A stretch of 64,000 nt of DNA, from positions 3,836 to 67,835 of the forward strand of contig JAKQKX010000062.1 in NCBI GenBank assembly GCA_029560465.1, read 5' to 3'. Shown here piece by piece: positions 17,306 through 27,625 of this stretch; positions within the stretch are counted from its first letter, which is position 1; each line of letters opens with the position of its first letter. The position numbers were made by a program, and so were the translations under genes. Below the pieces are notes generated by a model, which saw nothing but the letters and a program-made list of their open reading frames with translations, was not told where the DNA came from and made no database searches. The stretch comes from Candidatus Omnitrophota bacterium (GTDB lineage: Bacteria; Omnitrophota; Gorgyraeia; Zapsychrales; JANLHA01).

Positions 17306-19255
17306 ATGAGAAACGTTTTAGAAATTATAATACGCGTTTCCTCTCAACGGCAGGGATTCGTTCTCCTTGTCCTGGCCTTCGCGTTCACGGCGGTTATTTA
17401 CAGGCCGGTGATGCCGGGCGAGTTCGTGTGGGATGACCAGGGGCATTTTGAGTCCAATCCGTTGATCCGCCGGTTGACGGTCTCCCGGGTGGGGGAGATC
17501 CTTTCATCAACAGTTTATGATATATACATTCCGTTGACCATGCTTTCGTTCGCGCTGGAGTATCCTTTCTCTCGCGGGTCTCCGGCGGTTTCCCGCATTA
17601 ATAATTTATTCCTTCATGGGGGTGTCCTTGTCCTGGTTTATTGTTTGGCCCTTCAGGCTGGTGTTACGGAACGGGCCGCGGGCATGGCGGCGTTTATTTT
17701 TGGGATCCATCCGATGCATGTCGAAGCGGTGGCCTGGATCAGCGCCCGGAAAGATGTTTTGAGCACGTTTTTTTATTTCTGGGCGCTTCTTCAATACATG
17801 AGGTATCTCCGGACCCGTGAACGGGGCCGGTACCTTTTGACGTTGTTTTTCGGGCTGTTAAGCATGCTGGCAAAACCGATGGCGGCTAGCCTGCCGGTCG
17901 CCTTGTTCGTCTGTGACAGCTTCACTGGCCGGCGGCTGACCCGGCTGTCTGTCCTGGAGAAGCTCCCTTTGGCCTTGATGCTGTTCCCCCTGGCGTGGTT
18001 CACCCTTTCCCGAAACTTAGGGCAGGGCACGGCTCCTTTGCCGGTTTCGATTTTGACCTGGTTTTGGACGTTCATGTTTTATCTGCGGAAATTTTTTATC
18101 CCTTTTAACCTGTGCCCGCTTTATGATTGGCCGGGGCCCGTTTCTTGGCCGCAGGAGGCATACAGGAACGCCCTGTTGGCCGGCATGGCGTTAGGGGGGA
18201 GTGGGTATCTTTTAAGAAAAAGAAAGTGGTTTTATTTTCCCGTGATGTTTTACGTGGCGACGATCTTTCTCGTCCTGAGGACCAGCCCTCATGGCGTGGG
18301 GCTGACCCCTGTCGCCGACCGGTATATGTATTTACCCAGCTTGGGATTCTGTTTGGCTCTGGGCGCGGCATATGACCGCCTGTCGCGCGCCGTTGAGAAT
18401 AAAGGGCGTGGATATTTTTTGGGAACGCAGGCTGTCGTCGGCGCAATTGCGGGCCTCCTGGTGTTCTCGGCTTTTCACCAGGCCTTGATCTGGAAGGACG
18501 GCTATTCCTTGTGGGGGTATGTGCTGAGACGCGACCCAGGGAATCCCGTCGCCCATGGCAATCTGGGCTTGGCGTTTCTTCGCGATGGGGACAAAGAATC
18601 GGCCCGAAAGCATTTTTTGTCTGCCGTCCGGCTTCATTCCATGGACGCCCAGAATTATAATAATCTCGGGAACCTGTTTTATGAAGAAGGCCGGCGGCAG
18701 GAAGCCAAGCAGTGTTTTGAGATGGCGTTGCGCCTGAATCCGGCTCACGCGCAGGCACACAGTAATTACGGGGTCGTGCTCATGGAGGGAGGGGACTATG
18801 CCCGCGCGCAAAGATTTTTGGCGCGCGCTGCGGCCCTGTCCCCCGGGCAGCCGGATATATTTAAAAATTTGGGGAATGTTTATCTGCTTCAAAATAAAGA
18901 TGTTTTGGCGGAACACGCGTATTTGCAGGCGCTCGCTTTAAACCCGTCTCTTTTGTATGTGCACAGTGTTTTGGCGGACATGTACCTAAAGAAAGGGGAT
19001 TTGGATAAAGCCGCCGTTCATTTTTCTGAAATTCTGATCTATGAGCCGGACAATGCCCGCGTGCATAATAGCCTCGGCGCTATTTATATAAAGAAATTTG
19101 ATCCCCGGCGAGCGGTGTACCATTTCCGTGAGGCTTTGCGGATCGACCCGCATTACGGGAACGCCCGGAACAATTTGAATATCCTCCTCGCGCAGACCGC
19201 CCTTCCCCCAGAAGAGGGGAACGCGGGCTGGACGATGGGGAAGCCCTGGGAATAA
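17306..19255 (+). CDS. GT-C fold membrane glycosyltransferase-like protein (TMTC/PMT-like) with C-terminal TPR repeats
   Basis: >10 TM helices; acidic DD motif in first loop (FVWDDQGHF); 7+ TPR units at C-terminus (NLGLAFLRDGD, NLGNLFYEEGR, NYGVVLMEGGD, NLGNVYLLQNK...); alternative TTG start at 17243 overlaps secretin stop. Confidence 0.55.
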   Translation: MRNVLEIIIRVSSQRQGFVLLVLAFAFTAVIYRPVMPGEFVWDDQGHFESNPLIRRLTVSRVGEILSSTVYDIYIPLTMLSFALEYPFSRGSPAVSRINNLFLHGGVLVLVYCLALQAGVTERAAGMAAFIFGIHPMHVEAVAWISARKDVLSTFFYFWALLQYMRYLRTRERGRYLLTLFFGLLSMLAKPMAASLPVALFVCDSFTGRRLTRLSVLEKLPLALMLFPLAWFTLSRNLGQGTAPLPVSILTWFWTFMFYLRKFFIPFNLCPLYDWPGPVSWPQEAYRNALLAGMALGGSGYLLRKRKWFYFPVMFYVATIFLVLRTSPHGVGLTPVADRYMYLPSLGFCLALGAAYDRLSRAVENKGRGYFLGTQAVVGAIAGLLVFSAFHQALIWKDGYSLWGYVLRRDPGNPVAHGNLGLAFLRDGDKESARKHFLSAVRLHSMDAQNYNNLGNLFYEEGRRQEAKQCFEMALRLNPAHAQAHSNYGVVLMEGGDYARAQRFLARAAALSPGQPDIFKNLGNVYLLQNKDVLAEHAYLQALALNPSLLYVHSVLADMYLKKGDLDKAAVHFSEILIYEPDNARVHNSLGAIYIKKFDPRRAVYHFREALRIDPHYGNARNNLNILLAQTALPPEEGNAGWTMGKPWE

Positions 19256-19287
19256 CGCCGGGGTTGTTTATAAGGACAGGAACGCAC

Positions 19288-20997
19288 ATGAATGGGAGTT
19301 ATCGGAAATCATTTGGCCAGCTGTTAGTCGAGAAGGGCGTGATCAGCCAGGCCCAGTTACAGGAAGCCCTGGACAAGCAGATCCCACGGGAAGAATTGTT
19401 CCTCGGGACGTTGTTGCGCCTTGGGTTTATCTCCGATGAAAGGAGGGTTTATCCTCTTTTGGCGGACCATCTGAAGGTGGAATACCTGGACTTGAAATCC
19501 TCGCCGATTGACCGGGACGTCCTTCCTCGGGTTCCGGTCATGATGGCCACCCATTATAAGGTGTTCCCGGTCCGTTACGACGCGGGGGCGGGCGTGTTAA
19601 CGGTCGCGACGGCTTATCCGCAAAATATTTTTATCCTGGACGGGCTGCAGATGGCCCATCCGGGGAGGATCAAGGCGGTCCTTTCCCGGGAGGCGGATAT
19701 CCTGGAGGCGATACGGGAATACTACGGAGTCGGGGCTGAGACGATCGCCCAGATGAAGGGCGTGTTGCCCGGCGAAGGGACTCCGGAGGGGAACGTTGAA
19801 GACATCGAGCAGATCGATTCCGATGCTTCGATCGGGAAGTTTATCAATCAGATCCTTTTGGAAGCGTATCGGACCCGGGCCACGGATATTCATATTGAGC
19901 CGTATGAGCGGGATTTAAAAATCCGTTGCCGTATCGATGGCGTCCTTTATGATACCAAAGTCCCGATGAATATTTGGAATTTTAAGGAAGCGATTAATTC
20001 CCGGATTAAGATCATGTCCAACCTCAATATCGCGGAAAAACGTCTTCCTCAGGACGGGCGATTCAAGGTGAAAGTGGGGGGCGTGAGCCTGGATTTGAGG
20101 GTGTCTTTCCTGCCGACGCAGTATGGCGAAAGCGTGGTCATCCGGATTTTGAGCTCCAACCGGCTATATAATATGGATGAACTCGGGCTGAACGCCCGGG
20201 AACAGGAACTCCTGGAGCGGCTTATCCGCAAACCCCACGGCATCGTATTTGTGACCGGCCCGACGGGCAGCGGGAAGACGACGACGCTGTATTCTTGCCT
20301 GGCCCATGTCAACACGGCGGACAAGAAAATCATCACCATCGAAGACCCAGTGGAGTACCAGCTCAACGGCATCACTCAAATTCAAATTAACCCGGCGATC
20401 CACTTGACGTTCAGCCAGGGGTTAAGGTCGATGCTGCGCCATGATCCTGACATCATGATGGTGGGAGAAGTCCGCGACCGGGAGACCGCGGAGATCGCGA
20501 TTCAAATCGCCTTAACCGGGCATTTGGTTTTTTCAACCCTGCACACCAATGACGCCGCCAGCGGCATCACCCGGCTTGTTGATATGGGCGTGGAGCCGTA
20601 TTTGATTTGCAGTTCGGTGGAATGCTTTATCGCGCAAAGGCTGGTGCGGCTTTTGTGCCCTTTGTGTAAAAAGGCTATCCCGGTCACGGAAGATATCCTT
20701 CGGGTTTTGAGGGAGGATGTTCCGGAGGCGCGGCCGCAGACGTTGTTCGAAGCCCAAGGCTGCGAGGCCTGTCATGGGACCGGGTACCACGGCCGGGAAG
20801 GGATTTACGAATTTTTGTCACTCAACGACGCAATCCGGGAGATGGTCCTGGCCCGGGCGACGTCCGCTCAAATAACCAGAAAGGCCGTTGAGCAGGGGAT
20901 GAAGACGCTCCTCAAACACGGATGGGAAAAGGTTTTAGCCGGGAAAACCACTCCAAGCGAGATTATGCGGGTCACGAAGGATGATATGAACTCCTGA
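19288..20997 (+). CDS. gspE: Type II secretion/type IV pilus assembly ATPase GspE/PilB family
   Basis: N-terminal GSPII_E N domain, Walker A GPTGSGKTTTLY, Asp box, His box, tetracysteine motif CPLC...CEAC. Confidence 0.9.
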   Translation: MNGSYRKSFGQLLVEKGVISQAQLQEALDKQIPREELFLGTLLRLGFISDERRVYPLLADHLKVEYLDLKSSPIDRDVLPRVPVMMATHYKVFPVRYDAGAGVLTVATAYPQNIFILDGLQMAHPGRIKAVLSREADILEAIREYYGVGAETIAQMKGVLPGEGTPEGNVEDIEQIDSDASIGKFINQILLEAYRTRATDIHIEPYERDLKIRCRIDGVLYDTKVPMNIWNFKEAINSRIKIMSNLNIAEKRLPQDGRFKVKVGGVSLDLRVSFLPTQYGESVVIRILSSNRLYNMDELGLNAREQELLERLIRKPHGIVFVTGPTGSGKTTTLYSCLAHVNTADKKIITIEDPVEYQLNGITQIQINPAIHLTFSQGLRSMLRHDPDIMMVGEVRDRETAEIAIQIALTGHLVFSTLHTNDAASGITRLVDMGVEPYLICSSVECFIAQRLVRLLCPLCKKAIPVTEDILRVLREDVPEARPQTLFEAQGCEACHGTGYHGREGIYEFLSLNDAIREMVLARATSAQITRKAVEQGMKTLLKHGWEKVLAGKTTPSEIMRVTKDDMNS

Positions 20998-21022
20998 CGG
21001 CCAGGCCGGCTTGAGATACGGT

Positions 21023-22246
21023 ATGGGACAATTTTTTTATAAAGCCAAGCAGGGCCCTTCCAAAATCATTGAAGGGGTCATTGAAGCGGATCATGAAGCG
21101 ATGGCGGTCAGCCGCATCCTTCGGATGGGGTACACGCCTTTGAATGTGCGGGCGGCGCCAGCGGCGGGCAAGAAAATCAAGGGCGCTGGCCTGCCGATGT
21201 CGGCGGGCATCAGGGGTCGGCCCCAGGATGTCATGATCTTCACCCGGCAGATGAGCGACCTTGTGAGCGCCGGGGTGCCGGTTTTAAGGGCGTTATCTCT
21301 TGTGGATAAGCAGCTTAAGAACAAAAGGCTCAAAGATGCCGTCGGGCAAATGATCGCCGTGGTTGAAGACGGGGGCCCGTTATCCTCGGCCTTGGCCAAG
21401 TTCCCGGGGATTTTTTCCCCGTTATATATCAATATCGTCCGTTCGGGCGAAGTCGGCGGCAACCTGGAGGTTGTCCTGGCCAGGTTATCGGATTTTATAG
21501 AAAAGGATTATGATATCCAGGCGCAGGTCAAGACCAGTTTGATGTATCCGGGGCTGATCCTTTTTGTCGGAGGGGCCACAATATTTGTCATTTTGACGTG
21601 GGTCATCCCGAAGATCTCAACGATCTTCATTGACATGAACGAATCCCTGCCTCTGGTCACAACGGCGCTTTTGGCGGTCAGCCGTTTCCTGGCCCGGTTC
21701 TGGTGGGCGCTGGGGGCTGTCTTCCTTCTGGCCGTGGTTCAGTTGAGGAGGGCCTACGCGACCCCTGAAGGGAAACTGTGGCTCGACAGCTTGAAGCTGA
21801 AGATCCCGGTCGTCGGGCCGTTTATCCAGGACGTGGAAGTCGGACGCTTCGCCCGGACGCTTGGCACGTTGCTCGCCAACGGTGTCACGGTTGTCACGGC
21901 TATTGACACGGTTTGCCAGGCCGTTGATAATGAAATTTTTAAACAGGACGTCCTTCGGATGAATCGTCTGCTGACCGGGGGGGGGAGTTTAACGCAGGTG
22001 ATGCAGTCTTGCGCGTTCTTCCCGGAAACGGCTGTGAATATGGTCGCCATCGGGGAAGAAACCGGTCAGCTGCATCAGGGGTTGCTGAAACTGGCGGCTT
22101 ATTATGAACACCAGTCAGAGCGGACCATGAAACGGGTGACCAGCCTTATAGAGCCCGTGCTGATTCTGGTGATGGGGGTTTTTATCGGGTTTATAGTCTT
22201 GGGGATGCTGATGCCGATTTTTAGAATGAATCTTATAATCCGATAA
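21023..22246 (+). CDS. gspF: Type II secretion system inner-membrane platform protein GspF/PilC
   Basis: Two GspF repeats, N-terminal FFYKAKQG..IEGVIEA signature, three TM segments. Confidence 0.85.
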   Translation: MGQFFYKAKQGPSKIIEGVIEADHEAMAVSRILRMGYTPLNVRAAPAAGKKIKGAGLPMSAGIRGRPQDVMIFTRQMSDLVSAGVPVLRALSLVDKQLKNKRLKDAVGQMIAVVEDGGPLSSALAKFPGIFSPLYINIVRSGEVGGNLEVVLARLSDFIEKDYDIQAQVKTSLMYPGLILFVGGATIFVILTWVIPKISTIFIDMNESLPLVTTALLAVSRFLARFWWALGAVFLLAVVQLRRAYATPEGKLWLDSLKLKIPVVGPFIQDVEVGRFARTLGTLLANGVTVVTAIDTVCQAVDNEIFKQDVLRMNRLLTGGGSLTQVMQSCAFFPETAVNMVAIGEETGQLHQGLLKLAAYYEHQSERTMKRVTSLIEPVLILVMGVFIGFIVLGMLMPIFRMNLIIR

Positions 22247-22282
22247 GACACACGGGATTGCCCAGAAGAGGGGGATGGAGTC

Positions 22283-22723
22283 ATGACGCAGAAAAGATGT
22301 GGCGGGGCCAGGGGGTTTACCCTTGTGGAGATTCTCCTGGTGGTTGTTATCATCGGGGTTTTGGCGGCCATGGTGGTGCCGAATTTTTCCGGGAAAAAAT
22401 CAAAGGCCCAGCAGGCCGCGGCGGTGGCGGACATCGAGGCCAATCTGGCCGTCGCGCTGGACATGTATGAGCTGGATGTCGGGCGGTTCCCCACCACGGA
22501 ACAGGGCCTGAAAGCTTTAATTGAAACCCCGTCTACGCCTCCGGTCCCGGAGACCTGGGGCGGCCCGTATCTTAAGAAGAAAACGATTCCGCTCGACCCT
22601 TGGGGGCAGGAATATAATTACAGGTCCCCGGGGACGCAGAATCAGGAAAGTTATGACCTCTTTTCTTACGGCGCCGACGGTGTGGAAAGCAATGATGATA
22701 TTGCCAATTGGCAAAAGGAATAG
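22283..22723 (+). CDS. gspG: Type II secretion major pseudopilin GspG
   Basis: Prepilin leader + GFTLVEILLVVVIIGVLAAMVVPNF; C-terminal DPWGQEYNYRSPG...YDLFSYGADG...ANW is diagnostic of GspG. Confidence 0.9.
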   Translation: MTQKRCGGARGFTLVEILLVVVIIGVLAAMVVPNFSGKKSKAQQAAAVADIEANLAVALDMYELDVGRFPTTEQGLKALIETPSTPPVPETWGGPYLKKKTIPLDPWGQEYNYRSPGTQNQESYDLFSYGADGVESNDDIANWQKE

Positions 22724-23243
22724 GGGCGGGCCTTGTCTGGGGCATGGGAATGGCCGTGCTTTCACGCTGATCGAGATGGTGTTGGCCGTTTCCATTATTG
22801 CGGTTCTGGCCGGCGTGGCGCTTCCTCATTTCGGCCGGTCTTGGTCGCGGATTAAACTTCGGAATGCCGCTGATGAGTTATCGTATATGATGCGTTTCGC
22901 TCAGAGCCAGGCCATCCGTAAGGGGGCGCATGTCAGGTTGACGTTTGCGCGGGACGCGCATACCTATTATTTGCAACAGGGGGCCCTGGAGACCGGAGAA
23001 ATCGTGTCCTACGAGTCTTTGTCGGGGCGGTGGGGCCGGAATGTTCCCGTTCCACAGGATATCGAGGTGGCGGTGAGCGCCGATGGAGTGGTTTTCGCGC
23101 CGGATGGCCGTATTGCCCCTTTCCAATGCCAGTTTTGCCGGCGGGTGGATTGTTATCTTGTGTCAACGGCGGGCTCCCGGGGGATGGTTGATGTCTGGTT
23201 TTTTCAGCGGTCCCTTGGCCCAGCGGGGCAGGAGTATCGATGA
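22692..23243 (+). CDS. gspH: Minor pseudopilin GspH-like
   Basis: AFTLIEMVLAVSIIAVLAGVALP prepilin-type N-terminus; start overlaps gspG by ~32 nt; leader unusually long (~22 aa). Confidence 0.55.
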   Translation: MMILPIGKRNRGGPCLGHGNGRAFTLIEMVLAVSIIAVLAGVALPHFGRSWSRIKLRNAADELSYMMRFAQSQAIRKGAHVRLTFARDAHTYYLQQGALETGEIVSYESLSGRWGRNVPVPQDIEVAVSADGVVFAPDGRIAPFQCQFCRRVDCYLVSTAGSRGMVDVWFFQRSLGPAGQEYR

Positions 23244-23665
23244 AGGACAAAAGAGTTATGACGCGCGCTTCTGGTCGCCGAGGAGTGTTGTCTCCATCGG
23301 GGGTCGTCCTCCTGGAGGTGCTGTTGGCCATGGCGGTCTTTTCCATAAGCATTGTGTTCCTGATCAATTCCCTGGCACAGAGTTTCCGGGCCACGGTCTA
23401 CAGCCGGGATTACACAGAGGCCCTTTTTGAGGCGGATAACCTTATGGCCCATATCTGGGCCAGGGGCATGATGGAGCGACAGAATCAGGAAGAAGGTGCG
23501 CTCCCGGCGAGGCCGGGGGACTTTAAGTACCGGATTCGGGCGTCCCAGAGCGCGGATAAGAATGTGGGTGAATGGTTGAATGAATTTTTTGTGGAAGTGT
23601 CGTGGATATTGGGAGGCAAGAAACGTGCGTTTTCTTGGCGCGGCTTTATTTTTGACGCGTCATAA
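23240..23665 (+). CDS. gspI: Minor pseudopilin GspI-like
   Basis: GVVLLEVLLAMAVFSISIVFL prepilin-like N-terminal helix; ATGA overlap with upstream stop. Confidence 0.5.
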   Translation: MKDKRVMTRASGRRGVLSPSGVVLLEVLLAMAVFSISIVFLINSLAQSFRATVYSRDYTEALFEADNLMAHIWARGMMERQNQEEGALPARPGDFKYRIRASQSADKNVGEWLNEFFVEVSWILGGKKRAFSWRGFIFDAS

Positions 23666-23678
23666 AGACGTTTTTATT

Positions 23679-24431
23679 ATGGTAGCGGGTTCCGCGCTCC
23701 CGGCCCGGGAGGGCCGGTTCCCGCGGGCGCGAGGCTTTACGTTCATTGAAATACTCTTGGCTTTAATGCTGGTGTCTGTTTTAGCCGGGAGCCTGTATGC
23801 CACATACGCCGCGGGGATACAGATTCATAAACGCGCTCAGAAACTAGAACAGTGGTCCCGTTCGGCGTCCTGGTCTTTTGACGCGATGGCCTTAGATTTG
23901 GAAAATATGTTGCCGTATCACACTCCGGAGGGATCGGCCGCGGCCCCTGATGATTTTTTTGAAGGGACGTCAACCGGGTTGAAACTGCTGTGTGCCGGGG
24001 AAGGGGGGTTAAAAGAGGTCAGGTATTTTCTGAAAGACGCCGATTACGGGACCGTGCACACCGTGATCGTGGGGGCCCGGTCCCGCGCGGTTAATGGGCC
24101 TGTCACGGTCGAGACGAGCGAACAGGGCCGGGTACAATTTCTTGTCCGGGAAGAAAGGGTGTTTCCGTCCGTGGAAGGGGCGGCCGAAATGCCTCCGGGG
24201 GGGGAAGCGGAAATCCTTAACCGCTATGTTTTGAAAGACAGCCTGAAATTTTTCTTCGCGGGAACCTCCCGGGCCGCGGCCCGGGAGGATATCCCGTGGG
24301 AAACAACGTGGAAAAAGCCGGCTTTCCCGTCTTTGGTGCGCGTTGAGATGACGCTGGTCAACCCCCAAGAGCCGGAAGAAACGGTTCGCCTGCAAAAGGA
24401 TGTTTTTGTCCCTTCCGGCGCGTGGAAATAA
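23679..24431 (+). CDS. gspJ: Minor pseudopilin GspJ-like
   Basis: GFTFIEILLALMLVSVLAGSLY prepilin-like N-terminus, ~250 aa. Confidence 0.5.
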   Translation: MVAGSALPAREGRFPRARGFTFIEILLALMLVSVLAGSLYATYAAGIQIHKRAQKLEQWSRSASWSFDAMALDLENMLPYHTPEGSAAAPDDFFEGTSTGLKLLCAGEGGLKEVRYFLKDADYGTVHTVIVGARSRAVNGPVTVETSEQGRVQFLVREERVFPSVEGAAEMPPGGEAEILNRYVLKDSLKFFFAGTSRAAAREDIPWETTWKKPAFPSLVRVEMTLVNPQEPEETVRLQKDVFVPSGAWK

Positions 24432-24477
24432 TCCGGCGTGGCCGGGGGTGTTTTTGGGAAGGGCAAGGGGGATTGTT

Positions 24478-25647
24478 ATGAAAGAAAAAGGCGTCCGCCC
24501 GCATATTAAGGAATGGGAGAAGGGGCGCCCCTGGAAAAATCTGCAGGGGCCGGGGGCGGGATTTTTGAAGGATCAGTCCGGCGTTATATTGATTGTCGTC
24601 CTTTGGATCGTCGCGATCCTTTCTGTTTTTATCCTGGGATTGGGCCGCCGGGCCAGTGTTGACCTGGCGCTGACCCAATATCAGAGGGAAAAGTTTAAAG
24701 CCGGGCACACGGCCATCGCCGGGATTGTTTATGCCATGGCGTGTATCCGGAAAGACAGCCTTGCCCCGGAAACCCGCATCTTTGATACGCTTTATCAGCG
24801 GGGCGTGAAATTGGATGAAAATCAGGCCGTGGAAGACCTTTTCAGCCAGGTCTCTTCCGGCGACGGATATTTTGAAATCCGGCATTGGGAAGGGGGCGAG
24901 GACGGGGCCGCAGAGAGGGTGTTCGGGTTTGAAGACGAAGAGAGCAAAATTAACGTGAACTTGCTTTCTCCTCAGAATTATAAAGTGCTCAGCGCGTTGA
25001 TCACTTATTTCGGTTTTGAGGAGGATGCCGCCGACGTCATCGCGTCCGCGGTTATAGACTGGAAAGACAGTGACGACAACACCTTTAACGCGCCATACGG
25101 GGCGGAGAGGGATTTTTACCAGCATCTGGGGCCTCCCAGGGACTGCAAGAATTATCCTTTTGAAAGCGTCGAGGAAATGCGTTTGGTGCGGGGGATGACG
25201 GACGAGATTTTTAAGAAGATCAAGCCTTATATCACGGTTTATCCGTCATCCGGCCGTTTCCAGGTGAACCTGGAGACAGCGCCCCGTCCGGTCCTGACCG
25301 CTTTGGCCCGGGCCGTGGCCGGCAACCAGACCAACACGGAAAAGGAGGATGCCGACGGGGTGGTGGAGAAGATCCTGCAAAACCGGCTGGGAGAGGACGG
25401 GCGCGCTGCGACGGCGGATGACAGGATTTTTGATATCAATCAGCTTTCCCTTAACACCGAAGAACGGATTGTCGCTTTGATGATGTATCAGAACATGGCC
25501 AGGACCTCTGATTATTTTCGTGTTTCGGTGAACGGGTTCTCCGGCCCTGGCGGGGCGCTGTCCAAGATTGAAGCGGTGGTTTCCAGGTCCAACCTGTCGA
25601 TCCTGTACTGGAAAAGGCACGAACCTTTTGCACGAGCGGAAGAATGA
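24478..25647 (+). CDS. gspK: Minor pseudopilin GspK-like
   Basis: SGVILIVVLWIVAILSVFILG N-terminal helix, ~390 aa with HhH-like central region, position after GspJ. Confidence 0.6.
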   Translation: MKEKGVRPHIKEWEKGRPWKNLQGPGAGFLKDQSGVILIVVLWIVAILSVFILGLGRRASVDLALTQYQREKFKAGHTAIAGIVYAMACIRKDSLAPETRIFDTLYQRGVKLDENQAVEDLFSQVSSGDGYFEIRHWEGGEDGAAERVFGFEDEESKINVNLLSPQNYKVLSALITYFGFEEDAADVIASAVIDWKDSDDNTFNAPYGAERDFYQHLGPPRDCKNYPFESVEEMRLVRGMTDEIFKKIKPYITVYPSSGRFQVNLETAPRPVLTALARAVAGNQTNTEKEDADGVVEKILQNRLGEDGRAATADDRIFDINQLSLNTEERIVALMMYQNMARTSDYFRVSVNGFSGPGGALSKIEAVVSRSNLSILYWKRHEPFARAEE

Positions 25648-27095
25648 GTAATAAATATAAGACTGTTTTATTGATAACGGATACAGACATAAAAATTCTG
25701 CAGGCCAAAGCGCAGCGGGGGGGCGCGGAGCCTTTTTATTCTTTTGTTAAAGCGCGGGCGCACCCGTCGCCCGAGTTTTTACAATCAGCCCTTCGTGAAG
25801 GGCTCCCCGCTTCTTTAAAGCGGATAGGGCAGGTTGTGTTGCTTATTTCCCGGCGGCAGGTTTTGATGTTGCCGGCACGCTTCCCTTCCCATTCCGGGGC
25901 GGAAATCCAGCGCATGGTCGATTTGCAGGTCAGCCATCTGACTCCCTTTGCCCGGGAGGAGATCGTAATCTGTCACTCGGTGGTTGACCGGGAACCCGAT
26001 GGATATGCGCGGGTGCTGATCCAGGCGGCCCCTCAAGATCTTGTTTTGAGCTATCTTCGCCTCCTTGCCGGCAGGAACGTGCCGTGTCATCAAGTGATCC
26101 TGAGCTCGGTCGGGGTTGGGGCATGGTACAGGAAAAATGTGTTGGCCCCGGGAGAGGACGCCGGCCGGGTCGTGGCGATCTTGGATGTGGACCGCCGGGG
26201 ATCAGAGCTTTGTTTCCTGCGGGACGACACGCTTTTGTTTTCCAGGTATTTGCCGTTCGGGCATGAGGAAGAAAGCCCGGAGGCGATGTCCTCCTTGGCG
26301 GAGCAGGTCCTTTTAACAGTCGAAGCCTATCGTCGCGAATGTATGGGCGGCCCGATATCCCGCTGCATTATCATGTCAGATGCGGATTTGAGCCGGGTGA
26401 AAGATCTTATCAACGGCCTTGATATCGCGCCGGCGGTAGACCTTGTGTCTGTGCGCCAGCGGACTTTGGGCAAGATGCGGAAGCCCCCGGCCGGCCTTCT
26501 TGCTGAGCCCGTGTCCTGGACCGCCCTCCTGGGAGCGCTTTCCGACGGGCTACCTAAAGAGGCGAACCTGCTCCCGGGGGAGATCATCCGGATTAAGTCG
26601 TCGACGCTTAAACGCCGGGCAAGGATCCGCTTTGTTGCCGTTCTGCTGGGCACGTTGGGGGTGCTGTGGGGAGCCCTCAATCTGGATAATTTCCAGAAAG
26701 AGCGGAAGCTGGCCCATCTGAAAGATGCCCTTCAGGCGCAACAGGTGAGCGTCAGGAAAGCGCAGGAGAATATCGAGGCGATCGAAGCGTTACAGGTTAA
26801 GTTGCGCAGCCGGGTTGTTTTGGTAGACATCCTCCGGGGGCTTTACGAAAAAGTGCCGGAACCTATTTCTTTGCGTTCGTTGCAGCTTGACCATAAAGGG
26901 ACGGTCATCCTGCAGGGGTTTGGGGAATCACGAAGCGCGGTGAACCAATTTCACAATAATTTGGTCAGCTCCGCGATGTTTCAGAATGTCGCTTTGGAAT
27001 ATGCCACGGAACGGAAACAATATAAAGAAGAATATGTCGAATTCAAGATTTTATGCCAGTTATCCCGGGACGAGAAGAAGAGGGCCGAGCCATGA
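25644..27095 (+). CDS. gspL: GspL-like (PilM-like cytoplasmic domain + TM + PilN-like periplasmic coiled coil)
   Basis: N-terminal actin-like/PilM-like region, single TM RIRFVAVLLGTLGVLWGALNL, coiled-coil C-terminus; gene order. Confidence 0.5.
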   Translation: MSNKYKTVLLITDTDIKILQAKAQRGGAEPFYSFVKARAHPSPEFLQSALREGLPASLKRIGQVVLLISRRQVLMLPARFPSHSGAEIQRMVDLQVSHLTPFAREEIVICHSVVDREPDGYARVLIQAAPQDLVLSYLRLLAGRNVPCHQVILSSVGVGAWYRKNVLAPGEDAGRVVAILDVDRRGSELCFLRDDTLLFSRYLPFGHEEESPEAMSSLAEQVLLTVEAYRRECMGGPISRCIIMSDADLSRVKDLINGLDIAPAVDLVSVRQRTLGKMRKPPAGLLAEPVSWTALLGALSDGLPKEANLLPGEIIRIKSSTLKRRARIRFVAVLLGTLGVLWGALNLDNFQKERKLAHLKDALQAQQVSVRKAQENIEAIEALQVKLRSRVVLVDILRGLYEKVPEPISLRSLQLDHKGTVILQGFGESRSAVNQFHNNLVSSAMFQNVALEYATERKQYKEEYVEFKILCQLSRDEKKRAEP

Positions 27096-27625
27096 TGCAT
27101 TTTCAGTTTAGCGCGAGGGAAAAGAAAGTCCTTATCGTTTCTCTGGCGTTGCTCTCAGTCTATTTGGTTAAAACATGGGTTGTGGAGCCCGTTCAAACCC
27201 GGGCTGAGTGGCTTGACCGGCAAATCCGGAATACGGAACAGAAACTGTTAACCGCGTCCCGCACGATCCGCAAGAGCCAGGTTGTCCAGCGCCGGTATAA
27301 GGTCTTGCTGGACAATTACCGGCAGAATCGGTCCAACGAAGAGGTGATGTCTGGAATTTTGACTGAAATTGAAGCCATCGCCGCGGGTAACAGTTTAAGC
27401 ATTTCTGATCTTAAGCCGAATAAACCCAAAATAATTAATTATTATAAAGAGTTTTCTGTGAGCCTGGTTCTGGAGGGGGACTTCACCCAGGTGATGGAAT
27501 TTATTTTTAAATTGCAAAAAGAGCCCTATGATTATTTTGTGGATGAAGCCGAAATCAGTAAACATTCTCCGCGGACCAGCGGGCTGCGGTGCCGTTTTGT
27601 CTTAAGCAAAGTCTTAATTCCTTGA
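27092..27625 (+). CDS. gspM: GspM/PilO-like bitopic protein
   Basis: Short cytoplasmic N-terminus, TM VLIVSLALLSVYLV, coiled coil then ferredoxin-like region; ATGATG overlap with gspL stop. Confidence 0.45.
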   Translation: MMHFQFSAREKKVLIVSLALLSVYLVKTWVVEPVQTRAEWLDRQIRNTEQKLLTASRTIRKSQVVQRRYKVLLDNYRQNRSNEEVMSGILTEIEAIAAGNSLSISDLKPNKPKIINYYKEFSVSLVLEGDFTQVMEFIFKLQKEPYDYFVDEAEISKHSPRTSGLRCRFVLSKVLIP

